Shown here piece by piece: positions 23,101 to 32,128 of a DNA stretch of 64,000 bases (the stretch's first letter is position 1; each line of letters begins with the position of its first letter). The DNA is from an uncultured virus (IMG/VR IMGVR_UViG_3300025543_000015). Lineage: Duplodnaviria > Heunggongvirae > Uroviricota > Caudoviricetes > Crassvirales. The stretch is taken from the IMG/VR virus record IMGVR_UViG_3300025543_000015; one strand, given 5' to 3'. Both the position numbers and the translations under genes were made by a program. A model generated the notes under the pieces. The model was not told the DNA's origin. It searched no databases and worked only from the letters and a program-made list of their open reading frames with translations.

Positions 23101-26100
23101 ACCCTGCTTACAAAGCTAAGATAGGTGAAGGTCAGAGAATGGAAAACTATGACGATGCATACAAGTTAGCTGAAAGTTTCAAAAAAGGAAATCAGAATAC
23201 AGCATTCTTTACAGGTAAAGCTGCAGAAGCTTCTAGTAAAGTTCCTTATAAGCCTGTACTAAAGGTTGTGGATAAAAACTCTCCTGTAGCGAAAGCTTAT
23301 GACATTTATTCAGCAGGTGGTAACTTCACAGGTCATATATCTAAGATGATTGCAGGTTTCGCTGAGAAACAAATAAAAGTTGCTGAGGCTATTGTAAAAG
23401 GTAAATTCAAAAGCTTCCTTGACATTGGTGCATCTGAGGGTGGATTAGTTAAGACTGTTGCATCACTAGGTGTAGACAAAGCTGTTGGTATTGACCCTAA
23501 TACTCAAATGATTGCTAACTTCAACTCTACTCCTGCAGTAAAAGGAGCTGAGCTTAGACAAGAGGCATTCCTTGCTTCATGGACTGAGGGTGATGGCACT
23601 AAAATCAACGAGTTTAAACCAAAAGAAAAATTTGAAGTGGTTAACGAAGATTTCGCTTTCCAATTCATGAACAACGATAGAAAAGCTCAAGTAGAAGCTG
23701 TTAAAGGTATGATGACTGACGATGGTGTATTTATTACATCTGAGAAGTTTCATACAGCAAACAGTGAAGCTAATGAGCAAAAGAAATATGACCACCAAAA
23801 GAAGTACTTCAACGAAAGTGAACTAACTGAGGATAAGCAAACCATTATTAGTGGTATGGCTTCTGACATGGTTGGTGATACTGAGTACTTCCAAACTCTT
23901 AAAGATAATTTTGCTTTTGTAGAGGAATTTTGGAATGCAGGTGACTTCAAAGGATACCTAGCATCTGACTCTCAAGCTAAGCTTAATGAGATGAAGAAAA
24001 ATATTGGTGACCTATCTAGTGAGTTCACAGATAAAGAGTCTCAAACATCTAATGAAAATTTAGCTAAGGTAGAAGCTGAGGCTGAACAATTAAACAATGA
24101 GTTAGAGGACTTTTTAGGTGAGGCAAACCCTAACCTACAATTAGACTCTAAAAAAGAAATAACATCCGAAGAGAAGAAGCAAGAGTTAGTAGCTGAGGCT
24201 ACTGCTATGATGGAAGCTGTAGAAGGTGATGGATTTACTGAGGAAGCCTTTACTGCTGAAAATGAACCAAAAGTTGAGGTAACACCTATCACAGTTAAAG
24301 AGAATAGTAAATTAGCTAGTTCTCTTAAGAAGATGGGTCTTAAGGATTTAGTAGGTAAGAAAGTAAACCTAGTAATGGCTGACCAATTAAAGGTTGGTAC
24401 TGTAGATATTAACGGTAAAAAGCTTAGAAGAATGGGTGGACACTTCTTTCCTCTTATAAAAGAGTTGAGAGGTAAAGTTGCTTGGGCTTCTATTAATGAG
24501 ACTGCAGCAATTAAAATTGTTCGTGGTGCTATTAAATCTGACTACACAGTGGTATATAACATGTATCCAAATGCTGTAGATTCAAATTTAGCTATACTTG
24601 AAACAATGATTGAGTCTGTAGCTGCTCTTCCAAAAGCTGTTAATAAGCAAGTATTCGAAGAGTTTAAAACAATGCTACAAACAGGTGTATATGGTGAAGG
24701 TGGTAGAGATACTGAGAAGGTACGTAAATTTGCTGCAGAAGCTAAAAACTTTGGTGATATAGTTGCAGGTATTGGTACACTAGGTGTTGATACAAAAGCT
24801 GCTATCCTTAAGAAGGCTTTACCTTCTAAGAGGGTTAAAGCTTCAACTAAGCTAGGTAGAATATTACAGGATAATAAAATTGATATAGAGGATTTAAGAG
24901 CTCTAAACGTAGAACAGTTTGCTGCAGAATTGCCTGCAGGTGCTATGACTATGGTATTAGAGGTTCACGATAAAAATGGTAACAAAGTTACTTCTGAGAC
25001 TGAGAGGGAAGCATTAATGACTCCGGCTCAACAAAAAGCAGAAGGATTACCAACACATCAAAACTACGATATTTACGTTAGAGGTAAAGCTGTAGCCATG
25101 CTAGAGGAAACTGTTCCATTTTGGAATATGTATAAATCTGCTATGAGCACAATTAACGCTAAGGTAACAGGATTACTTAAACATGGTAAAGGAGAAAAAG
25201 CTAGAGCTTTCACAGCTAAAGAGGCTTATTCAAATGCTATGAGAAGTGCTGATTCTACAGCATCTCAATCTAAAGGATTATCTGAACCGGATGTAAGTAT
25301 GTACGAGAAGTTTATCTCTTTATTAGGAAGAGCTTTCCCTTCTGTACAAGTTATTACAGACACAGCCGAGTTTAACACATTAATGGAAAACTTAACTGCT
25401 AAAGCTTTAACCACTAAAAGTGGTAAAGTTTACGGAGCTGTTTACCAAGGTAAGCTATACTTAAATTCGGGTCTAGCTAACTTTAATACTCCTATTCACG
25501 AGTACGGTCACGTTTGGATTAACACTGTTAAAGAAACTAACAAATCTCTTTATAACAAAGGTATGTCCCTAGTCAAAGGTTCAGAATATGAGGCTTCAAT
25601 ATTAGAGAGTAAAGAGTATACCAAGGTTACTAAACAAATGTTAAAAGAAGGAGCTACACAGGAAGAGGTAGACAATTATATACAAGAGGAAGCTCTAGCA
25701 ACTGCTATTGGAGATAAAGGTGAAGCATTCGTAAAAGCTGCACAAAATAAAAACTTCACCAATTGGTTAAATCAGCTATTCTCATTCGTTAAAAAACTAA
25801 CAGGTATCTCTAAGTATAGTGCTAAGCAATTACAGGATATTACTTTAGGTGAGTTTACTCAAGCTGTGGCTGTAGATATTATGTCCGGTAACGAGGTATT
25901 TAAGAAAGGACAGGTTCAAACTTTGAATGATGCCCTTCAATTATCTATGGGTACAGGCAAATCCTTACAAGAGATTGTAGAGTTTGCAAGAGAAAAAGGA
26001 TATGAGGATGCAGTTATTAAAGCTGCACTAGCTAAGCAAGGTTTCACAAGAGTTCAAGCTGAGACTGCACTAGCCACTATCATTCCTAAAGCAGTTGCAA

Positions 26101-29100
26101 AAGGAGCTGCTGAGGTAGTTAGAACAAATAAACAAAGCAACCTTAAAGCTGATGTGGATGCTGTAGGTATTGCACATGTTAAGAGCACTAAGTGGTATAG
26201 AGGTTTAACAACCAACCAAAAGGATGCACTTAACAAGAAAGGTATCTCAGAGATATTAGGTGGTATGGAAGCTTCATTAAGAAAAGGCTCACAACCTAAT
26301 AAAGAAGGTAAAGCTTTTAGAAATACAGTAAAAGAGGTTACAGGTCAAACAGACCAATCTAGAACTATTGTATCAACTGAGGCTAAGCTTCTTAAAGATA
26401 AATTCAAAGCTATGGAGCGTGGTGCTAAGATTGGTGCTGCAGAGATAAAGAAATTGAAAGCTGAGTTTATTAAAGAGATTTCTGCTAAGCTTAAGGAAAT
26501 AGTTAATAACAAATCTATGTCACTAGCTGAGGCTCGTAGAATATTATCTGCAGTTAACCAGCTTACATTTAGTAACTACGATAGAGTTGCACCATTGGTT
26601 GACAAGGTTATTGACACTATAGAAAATAAAGGTATCAGAAGACAAATAAAACAGACTAAGACTAGATTAAGAAAGTCTTCAAGGTCTGAGAGAAATCCTG
26701 TTAACATGAGAGAGCTTGCAAAACAAGCTGTTAAAGTTAATGAGGCTCACCTTACTTATGCTCAAAGAGTAATATACAATGATATACTATCTGAAATAGC
26801 TAACGGATTCAAAGCTTCTTCAAATAAGAACTACAGAATGCCGAATGAAGAGGATATGATTAAGTCATTAGAGGCTCTTAACAAAGCTGCAGATACAGCT
26901 AGGTTACAGAAGTTAGCTGAGACAATGGGTATTGATGGCTCAAACCTTACTGTTGATGAGCTTGTAGCTTTATTAGAGTCTGAAAATGTAGACGAAGCTA
27001 TTGATGAGATGAAAGCTGAGAAACAAAAGGCAGCTAGAAAAGCTCTTGAGAAACAAGCTGAGTATGCTAGAATGGCGTTAGAGATAGTTGATGAGGCAGA
27101 TATGTCAGAGCAGGAGAGAAAAGACGTTAGAACGCTTCAAAACGCTGATTTAACTTTATTGTCTTCTACAGACCTTAGAGATTTAATTAAGATTGTGGAT
27201 AACATCGCTGAGAATAATAGCTTTGCATCATCCGGAAGTCTAATCTCTAAAGTAAGAGCTTACACAGCTTCAAATGAAGCAGTAGGAGTTTTCAATAAGG
27301 ATGAGTTAAGCATGGTTAGAAAGACTATAATCACAGACTTAAAATCATTAGCTCTTATCTTTAAGAAGGTATTCATGAACACTAAGAAATCGGCTGTATT
27401 TAATAAGCTGTCGGGTCTTGGTAAATTGGGTATGGCTTACACTAGTCACAAGAAAGCTATGAATGCTTTAGCTAAAGAGTACGATAAAATGTTCGCACAG
27501 TTAAGTAAAAAGAATAAAGGTTTAGCTAAGCCGGAGAACACAATGCTCAGAGGTTTAGTTGGACAATTAATTCAAGGTACAACTGCTGAGGATTTTGATA
27601 TAAACAAATCTAGAATAGAAGACCACATAGCACAGTCTAAAAAAGCTCAAGCTAAAAGTACTAGACTAGGTGTTGACGTTTTAGAAAAACAATATGAGAA
27701 ACTAAAAAATCTAAAATCTCAAGATGAGGTTATAAAATATACTAAAGGACTAAACGATGGTAATTGGGAGATAGTTGATTTTTGGTTAAATCACTTTGAC
27801 TCACAAAAGGATGCATTAAAATATAACACTGAGACTATACACGGTAAATCATTTGAAGAGGTTGTGGGTAACTACTTACCAATAAAAATGAAAGCTGATG
27901 GTAAAGTTGTTGAGGATATAGATAACCAACCATTCTTTGATAGAAATGGATTAGCTGCATCTAGTGCATCACCAACTACAATTAAGAGAACTAAGACTAA
28001 GAAGCTTCCTGCAGGTCGTGTATTAGATTTAGATTTTGATTCAGTGATGTTTAATAAAGCTTCTGCAGTATCTATTGACATAGAAACCTCAGCAGCTTAT
28101 AAAGATGTATACAACTTCTTTAGAAGCCCTAACATGGAAAAAATGTTTGGTAATGAAACTATTGGAGTATTTAATAAGAAGTTAGCTGAGATGAGAAAGG
28201 TTCAATTAGGAATTTCTAGTATGAACTTAAATGAAGATGAGGTAACTAAAAATATAACTAAGATTGAAAGAGTTTGGAAATCTGTAGCTACAACTATTGG
28301 ATTAGGTTCTATCACTCAGTACCCTAAGCAGTATATCTCTGTAGCATTTAACGTTATGGCTCACTTAGGTGGACAAAGCGACTTAATGTTCAAAGCTATG
28401 TTTACTGATAAGACTAAAATTCCATTATTAGATATGGTTTCTATATCGTTAAGAGGGGAAACTCAAGCAGGTACAATCACAGGTGGTAATAGAATTTCAG
28501 AAGCTGAAAAGAAAGCTACTAAAGCTATTGCAGGGCAGGTTGCTCAGTTTACAGGTGAGGCTGCAAGTAAAGTTAGGGAGGCACTATTCTTCTCATTAAG
28601 AAAGGGTGATGTTAACGTGGCTAAATCTTCTTGGATTGCTTTCTACCAAAAGTATTTACAGGATGCAGGAGAGACTGATATTGACATGACTACAGAGCAT
28701 TTAAGAAAGGACGAGAAGTTAAGACAAGAGGCAATCTCTTATGCTGAGCTTAAGGTAGAGGAAACACAAATTTCTTCTGATGAGTCTAGAGGCTCTGAGT
28801 TCTACCAATCTAAATCTGTTGATAGGTCTATTTTGAGAAGTATATTCTTACCTTACCAATCGTTCAACATCAACTCAAAAATGAGAATGATGAATGACTT
28901 AGGAATATTAAGTAGCAAGAGAGCTAGTAAAGAAGATAAACGAGAAGCTGCTGCATCTTTAACAGGTACAACTGCTGAGGTTATTACGTTCCACTCAATG
29001 AAGTATTACGTATTAGCTCAAGTGTTTGCTTTAGGTAAATCAGCTTTAGAGGATATGTTCGGATTGGAGCCACCGGAAGAGGATGAAGATGCTAAACAAG

Positions 29101-29606
29101 CTTTTGTATTCAAACAATGGTACTCAGCTTTAGCTAAAGATTTAAACCCCCTATCAATTGGTTCATTTACTGAGGATATTAGTATTGAGGTATTAAACCT
29201 TATTCAATACCTTGCTGAGGCAGAGGGTGACGAAGCTTATATGGATTTCATTAAGCGTAAGAGAGATGACGGAGGACAAATGTTCTACAGATATAAAGAT
29301 AAAGAAGAAAGAGGTCAAGCGTTTGGTGCTAGCTTATTAGGTGGTGGGGGTCTATACCAAATTCCATATACGCAAGCTGCAGAGATGCTTGACAATTTCG
29401 AACTAATTAATACTCAAACTAGAAGAGATGATTATGGTAATTTATTTGAGTATGATTTTGATTCTAGTCAACAACAGTTCTTAAAATTATCATTTGCTGC
29501 AGAGTTTATCTCCTTATTTGGATTAGGTGAAGCAGACTCTAGGAGAGTTATGAGAAAGATTAGAAGAGATATAACAAAGAATACTAAAAAACAAAAAATT
29601 AATTAA
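20157..29606 (+). CDS. giant polyvalent internal virion protein (GNAT-like, SAM-methyltransferase and zincin metallopeptidase domains)
   Basis: 3149 aa; IYIKNGFRPVAR (about 22980), FLDIGASEGG SAM-binding motif (about 23415), TPIHEYGHVW...QEEALATAIG (about 25490-25710). Confidence 0.7.
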   Translation: MNELQEIVKKMIAAGESEENIAIVIKQYNNKATPKEAEVPKGDEAEVVSGVSDSTSAESISSSDSETQNKFPQIERQDPTQEEMDGVNAYVDKLNAPIEIGEDAARAITAPELAKEQKELEAIIASRPIVADNSKEEARLKEINDAFDRLAEPPKSIRKISNEQIAELDKKQDELTTKAVRLAKGTDFSVEEILTNDGTYQDIIKQKNKLHDQKRLEDEVINRVVEDTNSNQDGFFGKVGRMFGGGDEEVTQTAKLSDAIEEEILLSLKGDNRQKEKIAKGYATLDEKETLIANAKVKVITAEKESIINKAKAARAEIEDPAELERTLLNLQTNYDALLGQVGFDKAKGILNNAFEKTDKSQAFDEILSDDGFFGTTADMITTLGEGVTQIALKGTVGFTADIMSSIGDLGFDRDEYSVFDAFSDTVGQITNYNYLPTSKAANTRLFDDAGNLNLTGKTISKSFAETIPFTLAIINDARRGKITNLEVGLGKLVSGTRSAKMTQSLRLIDSAFRHTFSDNIVQAEDLGLTGNDGKIYATTMSSVEGFAEMVMPDTRFFSTTVGDNLKRAFVRDLKSAASKKARVQVAKNFMGNVIGELGEEEIVLAAQDLMGYAMVVGHENSEFWDIANQKQLAAATIIMSTPLSGLNLRRDYKGNIMDFYSKVSENINGITEDLRTELELPHHTTETKQQITNAISWANNLNKAITLAPEGVTGKQVDLLMEKEALVQEKKNLDPAFHAPINEKIKALEAKIEPMNAKTKEVTAAAEKKQKEEDAKRKEREQAARAKRAAAKDVGTRKTSETTETKSVEQQGVQAEGKKEVGKPYTAEEVQETTDAKAFVVAQQTAMANRKEDSKQVEILDEKTAQKIVDDGGKLFVTSDGKSGGYVKKDGYMGGLFKDPTANRSQAAKVLQEARVKAGGKFFDAFGINTETEKGTTLEDIYIKNGFRPVARLSFDANQAPKGWEQTNLKERPDNVFFVYDPAYKAKIGEGQRMENYDDAYKLAESFKKGNQNTAFFTGKAAEASSKVPYKPVLKVVDKNSPVAKAYDIYSAGGNFTGHISKMIAGFAEKQIKVAEAIVKGKFKSFLDIGASEGGLVKTVASLGVDKAVGIDPNTQMIANFNSTPAVKGAELRQEAFLASWTEGDGTKINEFKPKEKFEVVNEDFAFQFMNNDRKAQVEAVKGMMTDDGVFITSEKFHTANSEANEQKKYDHQKKYFNESELTEDKQTIISGMASDMVGDTEYFQTLKDNFAFVEEFWNAGDFKGYLASDSQAKLNEMKKNIGDLSSEFTDKESQTSNENLAKVEAEAEQLNNELEDFLGEANPNLQLDSKKEITSEEKKQELVAEATAMMEAVEGDGFTEEAFTAENEPKVEVTPITVKENSKLASSLKKMGLKDLVGKKVNLVMADQLKVGTVDINGKKLRRMGGHFFPLIKELRGKVAWASINETAAIKIVRGAIKSDYTVVYNMYPNAVDSNLAILETMIESVAALPKAVNKQVFEEFKTMLQTGVYGEGGRDTEKVRKFAAEAKNFGDIVAGIGTLGVDTKAAILKKALPSKRVKASTKLGRILQDNKIDIEDLRALNVEQFAAELPAGAMTMVLEVHDKNGNKVTSETEREALMTPAQQKAEGLPTHQNYDIYVRGKAVAMLEETVPFWNMYKSAMSTINAKVTGLLKHGKGEKARAFTAKEAYSNAMRSADSTASQSKGLSEPDVSMYEKFISLLGRAFPSVQVITDTAEFNTLMENLTAKALTTKSGKVYGAVYQGKLYLNSGLANFNTPIHEYGHVWINTVKETNKSLYNKGMSLVKGSEYEASILESKEYTKVTKQMLKEGATQEEVDNYIQEEALATAIGDKGEAFVKAAQNKNFTNWLNQLFSFVKKLTGISKYSAKQLQDITLGEFTQAVAVDIMSGNEVFKKGQVQTLNDALQLSMGTGKSLQEIVEFAREKGYEDAVIKAALAKQGFTRVQAETALATIIPKAVAKGAAEVVRTNKQSNLKADVDAVGIAHVKSTKWYRGLTTNQKDALNKKGISEILGGMEASLRKGSQPNKEGKAFRNTVKEVTGQTDQSRTIVSTEAKLLKDKFKAMERGAKIGAAEIKKLKAEFIKEISAKLKEIVNNKSMSLAEARRILSAVNQLTFSNYDRVAPLVDKVIDTIENKGIRRQIKQTKTRLRKSSRSERNPVNMRELAKQAVKVNEAHLTYAQRVIYNDILSEIANGFKASSNKNYRMPNEEDMIKSLEALNKAADTARLQKLAETMGIDGSNLTVDELVALLESENVDEAIDEMKAEKQKAARKALEKQAEYARMALEIVDEADMSEQERKDVRTLQNADLTLLSSTDLRDLIKIVDNIAENNSFASSGSLISKVRAYTASNEAVGVFNKDELSMVRKTIITDLKSLALIFKKVFMNTKKSAVFNKLSGLGKLGMAYTSHKKAMNALAKEYDKMFAQLSKKNKGLAKPENTMLRGLVGQLIQGTTAEDFDINKSRIEDHIAQSKKAQAKSTRLGVDVLEKQYEKLKNLKSQDEVIKYTKGLNDGNWEIVDFWLNHFDSQKDALKYNTETIHGKSFEEVVGNYLPIKMKADGKVVEDIDNQPFFDRNGLAASSASPTTIKRTKTKKLPAGRVLDLDFDSVMFNKASAVSIDIETSAAYKDVYNFFRSPNMEKMFGNETIGVFNKKLAEMRKVQLGISSMNLNEDEVTKNITKIERVWKSVATTIGLGSITQYPKQYISVAFNVMAHLGGQSDLMFKAMFTDKTKIPLLDMVSISLRGETQAGTITGGNRISEAEKKATKAIAGQVAQFTGEAASKVREALFFSLRKGDVNVAKSSWIAFYQKYLQDAGETDIDMTTEHLRKDEKLRQEAISYAELKVEETQISSDESRGSEFYQSKSVDRSILRSIFLPYQSFNINSKMRMMNDLGILSSKRASKEDKREAAASLTGTTAEVITFHSMKYYVLAQVFALGKSALEDMFGLEPPEEDEDAKQAFVFKQWYSALAKDLNPLSIGSFTEDISIEVLNLIQYLAEAEGDEAYMDFIKRKRDDGGQMFYRYKDKEERGQAFGASLLGGGGLYQIPYTQAAEMLDNFELINTQTRRDDYGNLFEYDFDSSQQQFLKLSFAAEFISLFGLGEADSRRVMRKIRRDITKNTKKQKIN

Positions 29607-30292
29607 TGATTCCAACAAATAAACAAAAGAGAGCAGCCCACCTTAGATGGTGGGTTGCTATATTTCCGGTAGGTGCTGTAGCTGTAATAAGCTCACCCTT
29701 TATAGCTCCTGTAGCTTGGTTAGTAGAAAAAGTGCTACCAAATAATAATCCCTTATGGTGGTGGTTAGATGATGAGATACACGACCCTAAAATGAATGAG
29801 GATTGGTTAGAGTTTAAACAACGTAAAGATTGGTGGGCTTGGATAGATTGGCACTGCTTTAGAAATTCAATGTGGAACTTAAAAGCTTCATTAACACCGG
29901 AGAGTTCTATTGACTTCTGTAAAACTAATGATGAGGTGGTAGTGGAATTGATTAAATATGATGTAGTTAGAAATGGTCAACCCGTACCAATAGATACACC
30001 ATGCTTAGAAATGCCTGTGGTTCGTTGGATTGATAAACACGGTAACGATGGTTGGAATACTACATCCGGAATAAAAGTAAATGAAGAGAAGACAGCTTGG
30101 GGAGAGTTACACTATTGGTACACAGCCAACAGTCAACTAAACTTTAGGGAAGGTTTTGTTAGAGAGAAGACAGGATATATAATCCATGGTAAGTTTCCAT
30201 TCTTCGGTAAGAAGACCTACTACCACAGGGTAGCTAAAGGAGCTAACGAAAAGCGTTATGTCTACACAAATAAGAAACAGATTAAACCTTAA
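29606..30292 (+). CDS. Trp-rich hypothetical protein, possibly membrane-associated
   Basis: 228 aa with hydrophobic N-terminus; coupled to the previous gene (TAATG). Confidence 0.65.
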   Translation: MIPTNKQKRAAHLRWWVAIFPVGAVAVISSPFIAPVAWLVEKVLPNNNPLWWWLDDEIHDPKMNEDWLEFKQRKDWWAWIDWHCFRNSMWNLKASLTPESSIDFCKTNDEVVVELIKYDVVRNGQPVPIDTPCLEMPVVRWIDKHGNDGWNTTSGIKVNEEKTAWGELHYWYTANSQLNFREGFVREKTGYIIHGKFPFFGKKTYYHRVAKGANEKRYVYTNKKQIKP

Positions 30293-30297
30293 ACAAG

Positions 30298-30333
30298 AAA
30301 ACCCCCAACCATATCGGAAGGGGGTTTATTTTT
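30298..30333. terminator. bidirectional terminator at convergence of + and - gene blocks
   Basis: AAAACCCCC-AACCATATCGGAA-GGGGGTTTATTTTT. Confidence 0.75.
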
Positions 30334-30334
30334 G

Positions 30335-30402
30335 TGGTCACAGTAGGGATTGAACCTACGACCTATCCCTTATGAGGGGAGTGCTCTACCTCTGAGCTAT
30401 GT
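30335..30402 (-). tRNA. tRNA-CAT (Met or Ile2) with 5' acceptor strand truncated; probable pseudo-tRNA
   Basis: D arm TAGCTCAGAGGTAGAGC, loop CT-CAT-AA, T arm GTAGG-TTCAATC-CCTAC, 3' strand TGTGACC-A; only ACA of the 5' strand pairs. Confidence 0.7.
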
Positions 30403-30404
30403 TG

Positions 30405-30488
30405 TAGCGAGAGTGGGACTCGAACCCACGGGGTCTTTCGACATGGGGATATGAACCCCACAAGCTTCCATCTACTGACTACCTCGCT
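30405..30488 (-). tRNA. tRNA-Met(CAT), initiator-like anticodon stem, long variable arm
   Basis: AGCGAGG/TCTCGCT acceptor, TGGGG-TTCATAT-CCCCA, variable hairpin GTC-GAAA-GAC, GTGGG-TTCGAGT-CCCAC. Confidence 0.8.
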
Positions 30489-30498
30489 ATATATTATG

Positions 30499-30506
30499 CA
30501 AATATA
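30499..30506 (-). promoter_or_regulatory. TAnnTTTG promoter for the CAT tRNAs
   Basis: TATATTTG on - strand 10 nt upstream of the tRNA. Other - strand boxes at 31184, 32121, 34409, 35050, 45750, 51960, 52500, 58224 and 61311. Confidence 0.7.
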
Positions 30507-30554
30507 AGCAAAATTATTTACATAATGTTACATTAACTAACATTTAACTTTTAG

Positions 30555-30641
30555 AGCAGCAGGTGAGATTCGAACTCACGGTGTGACATTATCTGACTAG
30601 CTTGGAAGGCTAGTACAATCGACCAACTATGCGACTGCTGC
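30555..30641 (-). tRNA. tRNA-Gly(TCC) with 17-nt variable region
   Basis: GCAGCAG/CTGCTGC acceptor, U73, CTAGC-CTTCCAA-GCTAG, GTGAG-TTCGAAT-CTCAC. Confidence 0.85.
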
Positions 30642-30647
30642 AATTTG

Positions 30648-30720
30648 TAGAAACAATAGGATTTGAACCTATGACCCTCTCGGTATCAGCGAGGTGCTCT
30701 ACCAACTGAGCTATGCTTCT
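30648..30720 (-). tRNA. tRNA-Ile(GAT)
   Basis: Canonical cloverleaf, loop CT-GAT-AC. Confidence 0.9.
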
Positions 30721-30726
30721 ATTTAG

Positions 30727-30800
30727 TACTCCCTCTTGGACTCGAACCAAGGGCATTCCCCTTAAAAAGGGGGAGCTCTAACCAACTGAGCTAAGGAAGC
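30727..30800 (-). tRNA. tRNA-Lys(TTT)
   Basis: Canonical cloverleaf, loop TT-TTT-AA. Confidence 0.9.
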
Positions 30801-30805
30801 AATTG

Positions 30806-30878
30806 TGGAGAAGAAGGGAATTGAACCCTCGAGGCTTGCAGTGCAAGTGCAAGTGTCTAGCCAACACGACACATCCCC
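30806..30878 (-). tRNA. tRNA-Ala(TGC)
   Basis: G3:U70 pair, loop CT-TGC-AC, GAGGG-TTCAATT-CCCTT. Confidence 0.85.
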
Positions 30879-30881
30879 ATT

Positions 30882-30913
30882 AAAAAAGCCCTAACAAATA
30901 AATGCTAGGGCTT
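30882..30913 (-). terminator. attenuator terminator 1, upstream of tRNA cluster 1
   Basis: AAGCCCTAGC-ATTTATTT-GTTAGGGCTT-TTTT ending 3 nt before tRNA-Ala. Confidence 0.85.
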
Positions 30914-30938
30914 CGGATACGTTAAAATTACCTACAAT

Positions 30939-31013
30939 CTAACATAGCATGGAAAGCCCTAGGAAGTTTCTCCCCACGGTCTTATCAATCGCTATTGTAA
31001 TAATTGTGTTCAT
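30939..31013 (-). CDS. leader peptide 1, MNTIITIAIDKTVGRNFLGLSMLC
   Basis: 24-codon ORF containing CTAGGGCTT, the exact complement of the terminator 5' arm. Confidence 0.75.
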   Translation of the reverse strand: MNTIITIAIDKTVGRNFLGLSMLC

Positions 31014-31030
31014 TGAATGTTTAATCTTTT

Positions 31031-31159
31031 TTACTTGTTAATTTTGTCGTCAATCTTGTCAACGATGCCTGCTACTTTTTTTGCTAGGCTTGGATTGTTT
31101 CTTAATACTAAGAAGAAGCCTACTGCTCCTACTACTACTCCTGCTATAAATGAAATCAT
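31031..31159 (-). CDS. small membrane protein (42 aa)
   Basis: MISFIAGVVVGAVGFFLVLRNNPSLAKKVAGIVDKIDDKINK, downstream of promoter 31184-31191; not in the ORF track. Confidence 0.7.
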   Translation of the reverse strand: MISFIAGVVVGAVGFFLVLRNNPSLAKKVAGIVDKIDDKINK

Positions 31160-31215
31160 ACTTATACTTTTTTAAGTTAGGTGCAAATATACAAAAAAAT
31201 TTTTAATACCACAAA

Positions 31216-31629
31216 TTAATCAGTACCTTTTATTTTTGCATTAGCTACACGATAGTTTCTTTCATCTCTTTTCTTAGCTTTATGTGCTTGAAGTTTCTTA
31301 TCATAAGCAATTTTCTTCTCAGCCCTTTTACGGTCTACAGGATTGGTAGTTCTTGTGTAAGTACCATCATGAGATTTATAACCGGACATTTTACCACCCT
31401 TATTTTTAATGGTAGTGCCTTTATACTTTACCGAAGGTCTGTACTCGCTGTCTTTATTGCCTGTTTTAGCATCTTTTACAGATTTACTAGAAACCTCATA
31501 CTTGCTACCACTTTTTGTTTTAGCTATGTGTGTTTTAGCTTTCTTTTTGTCGGTGTTAGCTGTACTAGCTAATTTTGTTCTTGGGTCAGACAGCTTTACA
31601 GGGTCTGATTTACTTTTTCGTTTTGCCAT
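31216..31629 (-). CDS. Lys-rich basic protein
   Basis: 137 aa, highly basic. Confidence 0.65.
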   Translation of the reverse strand: MAKRKSKSDPVKLSDPRTKLASTANTDKKKAKTHIAKTKSGSKYEVSSKSVKDAKTGNKDSEYRPSVKYKGTTIKNKGGKMSGYKSHDGTYTRTTNPVDRKRAEKKIAYDKKLQAHKAKKRDERNYRVANAKIKGTD

Positions 31630-31631
31630 GT

Positions 31632-32105
31632 TTATTGTTTTTTAGATTCAATTACAAAGATACTAAAATTATCCTTACCCTTAAAAAGCTCATCTAATTG
31701 ACTCTCCCAAAAGTCTATATCTTCATAGGGTCTAAAATTTATAGGTGCTATAGGACTCATCAACCCTGTTCCACTGTGACCAATATTGAAAATTGAATGT
31801 GTTAGCTCATGAAAAACCACTAACTTCAACACTGCTTTATCTAAAGAACAGTAAGAGCTCATAGCCACTATATAACCATCCTTTGTGGCTATCCCTAATG
31901 TTGGGTAGTTAAGGAGATTAGTTAATACAATCATCTGCATGTTATTTATATGTGGAGTAACATCTATACACCTCTCTGCAGCCTCTGCTATATATTCTTC
32001 CACTATTGGCTTGAGTATTGGGTCAATGTGCACATAGGAAGTTTTTTGACCAAAAAAATCCCCTGTAAATAATACAAGGGATATTAACACTAATAATTTT
32101 TTCAT
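31632..32105 (-). CDS. secreted/membrane zinc metallopeptidase (metzincin-like)
   Basis: Signal peptide; HELTHSIFNIGH and LM Met-turn. Confidence 0.75.
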   Translation of the reverse strand: MKKLLVLISLVLFTGDFFGQKTSYVHIDPILKPIVEEYIAEAAERCIDVTPHINNMQMIVLTNLLNYPTLGIATKDGYIVAMSSYCSLDKAVLKLVVFHELTHSIFNIGHSGTGLMSPIAPINFRPYEDIDFWESQLDELFKGKDNFSIFVIESKKQ

Positions 32106-32128
32106 ATCTACCTGTTTTTACAAAGATA

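Noticed and set aside
682..28081. Minus-strand ORFs inside structural genes (and plus-strand ORFs inside replication genes)
   Set aside because: Shadow frames of long genes with Ser/Phe/Leu-rich composition and no promoters.
20157..29606. crAss-type virion RNA polymerase in the giant protein
   Set aside because: No convincing DxDxD catalytic motif in a double-psi barrel context. Host-type TAnnTTTG promoters serve all gene classes.
30882..31013. T-box riboswitch as the control element
   Set aside because: No T-box bulge consensus or long stem I. A translatable leader with mutually exclusive stems fits better.
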